Source: Leucoraja ocellata
Taxonomy: Eukaryota
Assembly (NCBI GenBank): GCA_036785375.1
Contig: JAWMAR010000005.1
Span: 3,596,001 to 3,660,000, forward strand
Direction: 5' to 3'
DNA: 64,000 bases
Positions within the stretch are counted from its first letter, which is position 1. Each line of letters begins with the position of its first letter. The position numbers and the translations under genes were made by a program. The notes beneath the pieces are model-generated. The model was not told the DNA's origin. It saw nothing but the letters and a program-made list of their open reading frames with translations, and made no database searches. Below are positions 53,001 to 62,000 of the stretch, in pieces.

Positions 53001-56000
53001 AGCCTAAAAGGGGTGTTGTACTTGGAATGACAGCAGTGCTCGGTCAAATAGGTTGGGAGTGTTGCAAAAATTTGATGTGTTAACTTACCATTTGTTTGGT
53101 GTGTTGGATGTCTCCTGCTGCCTTCTTGACAGTGTCGTCGGACAGGTCACACATGCAACAAAGGAGCTCCAGGTACGTGCTCGCCTGCTCCTGCAGGGCC
53201 CGGTAGTGTTTCACCTGCAGCAACGTGGAGTCCAGGATTATTAACAGGTACATGAGGAAACCATGCACTGCAGATGCTGGTTTACAAAAAGACACCGAGT
53301 GCTGGATTAACGGCGCAGTGGCGCAGCAGTAGAGTTGCTGCCTCACAGCGCTTGCAGCACCGGAGACCCAGTGTCGATCCCGACTACGGGTGCTGTCTGT
53401 GTGGAGTTTGCATGTCGTCCCCGTGACGTGCGTGGGTTTTCGCCGAGATCTTCGGTTTCCTCCCACACTCCAAAGATGTACAGGTATGTAGGTTAATTGG
53501 CTTGGTGTATGTGTAAACTGTCCCTAGTGTGTGTAGGATAGTGTTAATGTGCGATGATCACTGGTCGGCGAGGACTCGGTGGGGAACATGGCTCAGTGAT
53601 GTTTCAGTTGGACCCTTAAATGATTCATTGAAACTTTACTGTCACTTGTACCTATGAATAGTGAAATGCTTTGTATTGCATACAACCCGGTAGCATCATA
53701 TAGCAGACCTCTCCTAGGCAGTACACAAGTGTTGCCACATCTGTGGTGCTGCCAATGTTACATAAACTCACCGAATAATCCTATATTCTGCCTGGCAGCT
53801 GGAGGCCTCCCACCTGGTTCCTCTTCGTTCTTCCGCCCCCCCCACGCTCACCACATGTCGGGTCCCCTTAATTCTCGGCACACCCCCCACACCTTCCCGC
53901 CGGGTACCCCCATTGTTCTCGGCAGCCCCAACCCCCATTCCCCACCCCCCTCCCTCCCCCATGCTGGGTTCCTCTTCATTCTCAGCGGCCCCCTCCAGAA
54001 CGTCAGGATGTTTAGTCTGGTTACCTGTTTGATTGACTTCTTTGGGCTGGTGGGCGGGTGAGCTTGGACCTCCAGCTCCTGCTGCACAGTCTGGAGCCAG
54101 GTCTGGCACTGCTGCAGTGTGTCCTGGTGGCTCACATGTTTCTGGAGCTCGCATTCCAGACTCTGGTACAACTGTGAAGGAACAAGTTAAACAGAGGCAG
54201 AGAGTTAGTCACCAGCAAGCGTGATCACAACTCTGTGCCATCCACATACTAAAGCCATTTGCCAGCCATGCCACCCACCATGGTGACGACTATGGCAGCC
54301 TTGCCTATGAATAACAGGACCGAGAAAAGGCTATGGGTGTAATAGAGTCGGCACAGTGGTGCAGCAGTAGAGTTGCTGCCTTACAGTGCCAGAGACCCGG
54401 ATTCAATCCTGACAATGGGTGCTGTCTGTACGGAGTTTGTACGTTCTCCCTGTGACTGAGTGGGTTTGCTCTGGTTGCTGCGGTTTCCTCCCACACTACA
54501 AAGACGTACAGGTTTGTAGGTTAAATTGGCTTATGTAAAATTGTCCCTGGTGTATAGGACAGTGTTAGTGTATGAGGTGATCACTGGTCAGTGTGTGAAC
54601 TCAGTCAGTTGAAGGGCCTATTTTCGTGCCGTATGCCTAAAGTCTGGTGTCTAGAGTCTGCTTGCTCCCTTTGCCCAAACCAATGCTCCCATGTTTGTGT
54701 AGAAAGGAACTGCGGATGCTGGTTTATACCGACGATAGACACAAAGTACCGGAGCAACTCAGCATCGCTGGAGAAAAAGGATGGATGACTTTTTGGGTCG
54801 GGTCCGAGTCAGTTCCGGTATCAAAAAGTGTCCCAGCCCGAAATGTCACCCATCCTTTTGCTCCAGCGATGTTGCCTGACCCGTTGAGTTACTCCAGCAC
54901 TTTGTGTCCATCATCCCACGTTAGTATTGGTCTTACCGCTGAAGAGAGAGTTGGGGAGAAGAGCGATTCACCTTGGTTCAGGGATGGTGTAATGGAAGCA
55001 ACATTCATGGTATGAATGCAAACAAGAACAAGTGTAGATGTGGGTGTACTTAAAGACCATTCCTTTACCCTCTGAGCTGTGCTACAGATGGCAGAGTAGC
55101 TGTCCCGGATCCCCTGTAGATGTCCTTGGACCTGGTGCTTGAATTTTCCTTGGAGCCCCTCCGAGCAGTTGGCAATCAGGCTGTCTCCTTTGTTTCTCAG
55201 ACTCGCCAGGGCGTGTTCAAAACCGGCAATCTCCTCCATTATCGGCTGTTGGGAGAGAGAAAGTCGGCACACAGAGTCATCACGGAGTATATGGAAGTAA
55301 TATTGGCCCTCAGCTATGTCACACCATTCAATTACACTTTGCTCACCACTACAGAGCTCTCACTCCAGGAGAAAATAGTCGACTCCATTCACCATCCATC
55401 CACCACTCAGCCTCCAGTCATGGTGCACCTCCAGAAAGCCCTGGAGCACACTGGGGCCTCTTCAACAAATTTGTAATCTCCATCCTGCCTACTCTTACTG
55501 AATGATGCACCGCTGGCCCAAGCCAGCATATATTGCCTCTCCTAGCACACTCTACCTTCAAGAAGGCAGTGTACGCAAGCTTCCTGAACAGCCACAGTCC
55601 ACGTGGCTAAAGTTATCCAACAATGTTAGGTAGAGAATTCATCGGCTTTGATCCGTGGTGGAGAAAGACAGTGGAATAAGTCGACGTCTGACCCATTGGG
55701 GTAGATATCGATTTCTGTCATCCTATGTACCTGCGCACGGCCATCCATGCTGTAGGACTCTATTTGTTATTATATCTCCCTTAATTGTCCCTAAAACCAT
55801 AGCTACTTCACCCTTGACCTCCTGTACTCATGGAGATGCAAAGAATCATCGGAAAGAATAGGCGCACAAGTAAGCCATGCAGCCACTCAAGCCTGCGGAC
55901 CGCACCCACCTTATGTCTGGCCAGGTGCTGGGTTGCCATCTCTAGGTTGGTGCTCTGGGTGGTATCGTGGGCCACCAGCCTGGTGGAGATCTGCAGCAGC

Positions 56001-59000
56001 CACTTTTCCACCTCTTGCAGGTTGCTGTTGTAGTCCTCATGCTCCCTCACCTTCTCTTCCAGGTCCTCCTTGCAGACCTAAGCAAACAAGCAGAACATTG
56101 GCCACCAAACCTTTTAAGTGGGTGGGAAATATTCCAATCCACACTTATCACCTGGGCGTTACTAACAAGTCTGTCTTGAATAAAACACTGATACTACCAT
56201 ATATAGAACTGGGTTGCTTCAGAATCCAGTTTGTAGTCAACCTTGCTGATGAGGTGATGGAGCCTTGCTCAGATCCAAATCAGCCTCCGTACAATTATCA
56301 ATCTGGCAGTGACCAAGACGACCTAGGCTTGAGTCCTAGGCTTTTCGACCTTAGACTTTAGATTTAGGGATACAGCAAGGAAACGGGCCCTTCGGCCCAT
56401 CGAGTCTGTGCCGACCAATGACCACCCCATACACTAGCGCTATCTATCCTGCACACTAGGGACAATTTGTAATGTTAGCAAGGCTAATTAACTACAAACC
56501 TGCACCTCTTTGAAGTGTGGGATGAAACTGGAGCACCCGGGGGAAACCCACGTGGTCAGGGAAAGAACGTACAAACTCCATACAGACAGCACCCGTGGTC
56601 AGCATCGCACCCGGGTCACTGGCGCTAAAAGGCAGCAGCTCTACCGCTGCACCACCACACTGCCCGTGCCCTTTTGTGGCCCTAACCTTGACTTCAGGGG
56701 TGTGTGTCGACTTGGAGAACTCTGAATGCTCCTTACATTGGACCCTCACCCCTGCTAACACCTGGGTAAACCTTCTATTGATTATCAGATGGTGGATTCC
56801 ATAACACCAAGTACTTTGTGTGGCAGTGTGGCCTTTGGGGCTCTCTTATACTCCACCCTCAGATCGTGGAAACTTTATCCTGACCGTAAGGATCCTCATC
56901 CCGACGATTTTAAAAAAAGCTTTTTTTTTAATTACATGCTTTCCAGTCAGCACAAAGACTGCACATGATCACAAACAAGCCATCCACAGTGTAGCGATAC
57001 AGGATAAAGGGAATAGCATGGTTATGATAAGAAATTCTGCTGTTGAAAGAAAAATTGAAAAGAGTTGAGTGATTGTAATGAATGACAGCAGAGCCACTTC
57101 TGGGGCCAGCACTCAAAGAGTCGCCTGCCTTCGCCGCCATCTTGGATCAGCTGGGGGTCACTGGTGTCTATACCCGTGCATGGGTATATTTGCTCTGATC
57201 ACTCGGCCTCATCTTAGGTTCCTTGCAACTCGTAGATTCAATGTAAGGCACTTGCCCTAATACTGGCAACTCTACTGCCCCTTACCCCAACCGTGGAGTT
57301 GACAAGCTGACTCTGGGCCTCTCAACACCAGAGAGCCCAGATCCTGGCTGTAACCATGGCACCCACATCCCAACCCTGAGGCCTTCACCGTGGTTCACTT
57401 ACCGTCACCGTGGAGCACAGCTCCTGGTAGTCGGACAGCAGTCTCTTCAGATTGTCACTGACGGCGGGGTCATGAACGAGATCAAAGACTGCCTCGCCCC
57501 TCTCGATCACCAACCTTATGCCTGGCTCGTGGGATACAACTGTCTGCTGGATGGCCTGAAGCAGGGAGGAGAGGTTAACTCAGAGATTTTACGTGGCAGG
57601 TCTTGGCATGAATGTAAGCAGAGAACCATTGTCATCACTAGAGGGCAAAATGTGTGAGAATGAAATTTTGAACTAGGTACTTTATCAAGAAGAGTAACTC
57701 AGCGGATCAGGCAGCATCAGAGGAGAAAAGGAATAGATGACATTTCGGGTCGAGACCCTTCAGACATTAAGACCTTCAGTCAGAAGAGGGGTCTCGACCC
57801 GAAATGTCTGTCCGCCTAAACCTACATGATCTCCCAGTTGCTGGACACTTTAACTCCCCCTCCCATCCCTACACTGTGCGCAAATTGGAGGAACAGCACC
57901 TCATATTACGCTTGGATAGCTTACCACCCCCCCCAGTGGTATGAACATTGACATCCCTAACTTCAAGTAACCCTTACCTTCCCTCTCTCTCCATCCCCTC
58001 CCCCTTCCCGGTTTTCCGACCAGTCTTACTGTCTCCGACTACATTTTATCCGTTCCCTTTGATGTTACCTTTGCCCGGCTAACAATGATCTATTCTACAT
58101 TTTCCCTGATCTCTATTCCGTTTGCCTGTTTTCACACCTTCACATTTACTTATCTATGTATCTCCCTCCCGCCCTGACGTCAGTCTGAAGAAGGGTCTCG
58201 ACCTGAAACGTCACCCATTCCTTCTCTCCGGAGATACTGCCTGTCCCACTGAGTTACTCCAGCCTTTTGTGTCTATGTCGTAATCAACCTTAGTTGATTA
58301 ATAATCAAAAGTCTGTAGCCTCCTTTTGCTCTGGTATTTTATTTCATTCACATGTTTAAACTATAATGTTTTATTCTTAATGGTTTACTGTATGTCGTGC
58401 TGTTGCTTGTGAGTGGAGCACAGAGGCAAATTCCTTGTATGTGTACATACTTGACCAATAAACTTATTCATTCATTCACTCATTACACAGGCATGCTGGA
58501 GACACTGGGCTGTGGTTCTCGTTAAATCTAGTAGATTAAGCAGGATATGGGGAGAAGGCAGGAAAAGGGTACTAATTGGGGATGATCAGCCATGATCACA
58601 TTGAATGGCGGTGCTGGCTTGAAGGGCCGAATGGCCTACTCCTGCACCTGGTGTCTATTGTCTATAAAATGGGGTCTCTGGCCAAGCAGAGTCAGGCAGC
58701 ATCACCATCTGCAGCCACTGTATGTCCAATCACTTAATTATAGAAGAAACTTAAAAGACAGATCCTGACAGATTTACACAGTGAGTCCTTTCACAGTAGA
58801 ATTGTTGAGAGAGGAAACTGGGCCTTATCTCCAGCAATGTCCTCAACGCCCCTCACCTTGTACTTGGCCAGCTGGGCTTTCTTCTCATACAGTTCCACCT
58901 TTGGCTCAACCGGGATCTGTAAGATAGCCTGATAGTCTGCCAGCCACTTGGTCTGGCTCTGGTATTTATCGGTGAACTCCTTTGTGAGGGAGAGACATTT

Positions 59001-62000
59001 CTCCAGGTTTCCACGCTCTCTCCTGATGGAGCAGGTCAGCTCGTTCAGTTGGCTAATGTGGCCGTCCATCGCTTCCCGGAGACACTGAGCTCCGGGTTCA
59101 TCCAGGCACTCGATGGCTCGCTCACTCTTCTCCAGAATCATCTTGAGCAAAGTGTTCCCCATATCAATGTTGCTGTGTAGAGTCTGGAAATGAAAGAATG
59201 TCATACGTTCATAAGTGATATGTGCGGAATTAGGCCATTCTGCATATCAAGTCTACTCTGCCATTCAATCATGACTGATCTATCTCTCCCTCTTAGCTAA
59301 CCCCATTCTCCTGCCTTCTCCCCATAACCCCTACGGAGTGGTGAATCTCTGGAATTCTCTGCCACAGAAGGTAGTTGAGGCCGGTTCATTGGTTATATTT
59401 AACAGGGAGTTGGATGTGGCCCTTGTGGCTAAAGGGATCAGGGGGAATGGAGTGAAGGCAGGTACAGGATACTGAGTGGATGATCAGCCATGATCATATT
59501 GGATGGCGGTGCAGGCTCGAAGGGCCGAATGGCCTACTCCTGCACCTATTTTCTATGTTTCTATGACTAATCAAGAATCTATCGATTTCCGCCTTAAAAT
59601 TATTTTGACCGCCTCCACAGCCGTCCATGGTATCAAATTCCACAGATTCACCACCCCATGATGAAAGAAATTCCTCTTCATCTCCTTTCTAAAGGTACGT
59701 CCTTTTATTCTGAGACTACGGCCTCTATCCTAGGCTTTATTGCTTGTGAAACATGCTCTCTACATCCACTCTACTCAGGCATTTTACAATGTCTCTGGTA
59801 AGCAAAGTCTACACAAGAGACCAAAGGTGGCCACACTAAAGGGCCTGTCCCAATTGGGCGTCATTTGCGCGCAAAGATTTTGTCCTTCCCAAAATCCTGG
59901 GGCACCGCGCGCGACTGCGCGTCACTGCCTACCTCACCACGCACCATGCACGGGTAATGGATACAATGCGTGCGTCGTGACACGTAAATGATGTCGCGTA
60001 AATGACGTGCAAATGGCGCCCAAGTGGGACAGGCCCTTAAAGATCCGCTGCACTTTTGGATACACAATTCCACAACTCATTTTAAGAGTTTTCAACTGTC
60101 CGTTGCTAACTGGAGGAACACCACCTCATATTCAGCTTGGGTAGCTCATAACTCAACGGTATGAACACTGAATTCCCCAGTTTTAAATATCACTTCCCGC
60201 TCTCTCTTTCCTGTATCCACGATTCTGATTCACACTCATCTCTCCCACTACCCACCCTGCGTCCCCCCATCCCTCCCGGTCCCCTCGACTTACCTCAAAC
60301 TTTTTGATCTTGCTTTCCATGGCAACTTTGTCCACCACCGTCAAAGCGACGGCCAGGTTCTTGAAGTTCTTCTGTGCAGCCCTGAGCCAGCCCGTGTAGG
60401 TGCCGAGAGCGGAATCAGCCTCCTCCAGGGCTCGCAGTTCCTCCCTCAGTAATTTGGTCTGGTCCTGTGACACAAAGCACACCCGTCACCATGGGAGATA
60501 ACATCAGAGCGGAGATAGTGCACAATCAACCTGCTTGTGCTGGTCAAGAGTGTTTTATTGTCACATGTCCCAGACAGAACAATGAAAATTCTTACTTGCA
60601 GCAGCACAACAGAACATGTAAACATAGTACTCTGTAAATAGTGGCTCAGTGGTAGAGTTGCTGCATTAACAACGCCAGCGACACGGGTTCGATCCTGACT
60701 ACGGGTGCTGTTTGTACGGAGTTTGCACGTTCTCCCCGTGACCGCATGGGATTTCTCCAGGCACTTCGATTTCCTCCCACACTCCAAAGACGTACAGGTT
60801 TGTAGGTTAATTGGCTTAATAACATTGACGCTAGTGTGTGTAGGAAAGTATTAGCGTGCAGGGATCGCTGGTCGTGGTGGACTAGGTGGGCCGAAGGGCC
60901 TGTTTCCGCGTTGTATCTCTAAACTAAACTAATCAGAACAGAGATAATGCATAATCAAACTGCTTATGCTGATCAAGCATCACGAGTGTTTTATCGTCAT
61001 AATATCCCAGACAGAACAATGAAATTATTACTTGTTGTAACACAACAGAATATGTAAACATAGTACTCTGCAAACAATATATTAAACGGGAAAAAAAGTT
61101 ATATATACACACATACATACACAAAGACAAAAAGACAAAATTAATGCCCCCAAGTCTCTGCAGTTCAGAACTTATTTGGGAAGAAGCTGCTCCTGAACCT
61201 GGACATTATAGTTTTCAGGCTCCTATATCTTCTTCTCGAAGGCAGGAGTGAAATGAGTGTGTGGCCAGGGTGGTGTGGGTCTCTAATGATTTTGGCTTCA
61301 ATCACACCTTTGCTCCATTGATAGCAATGGATTAGAAAGACCTGGGTCCTAGTCCCACTCCAAGGACGTGTTCCAAAGCCGCACACCCAATAGACATCGT
61401 GACACATTGCTGTATCATCCATGTAAAGCAGCAACTCTACTGCTGTGCCATTGTGCTGCCATTCTCACCGCTCCAAGCACTGTGGTTCGATTCCTGACAA
61501 GAGACGCAGTCTGTGTGGAGTTTGCATGTTCTTTCTATGACTGGGGCAGTTTTCCTATGGGCGCTCTAGTTTCCGCCCATGCTCCAAAAGCAAGCTGATG
61601 GGTTCATTGACGACTGTGAATGATGCCTTAGAGTATCAGGGAGCTGGAGTTTTGACCTGTCAGACACTTACCACCACGTGAAGCAGAATGCCCTGGTATC
61701 GGGTGGCCAGTTGGGTGGCCTGACATCCCACACTGCTGTTGATGTGACTCTCCTCCAGAACTTGGTGGGCAAGCAGCCCAACCCTTTCCACTTCATCTTT
61801 CCGGCTCAGGATTTCTTCGTTCCATTTCTAATTCCACAGAAGAGAAAATGATCAGTCCTAACTTTAGCCATTAAGCTAAAACCATTTACATGGAACAAGG
61901 CTACGGTATAAAGAGGTGGAATAAAACTCTTCCAGCACTATCCTCTGTCTTCTGTGGGTGACGTAGAATGGAATCCAAACTACCACGTCACCATGGATAC

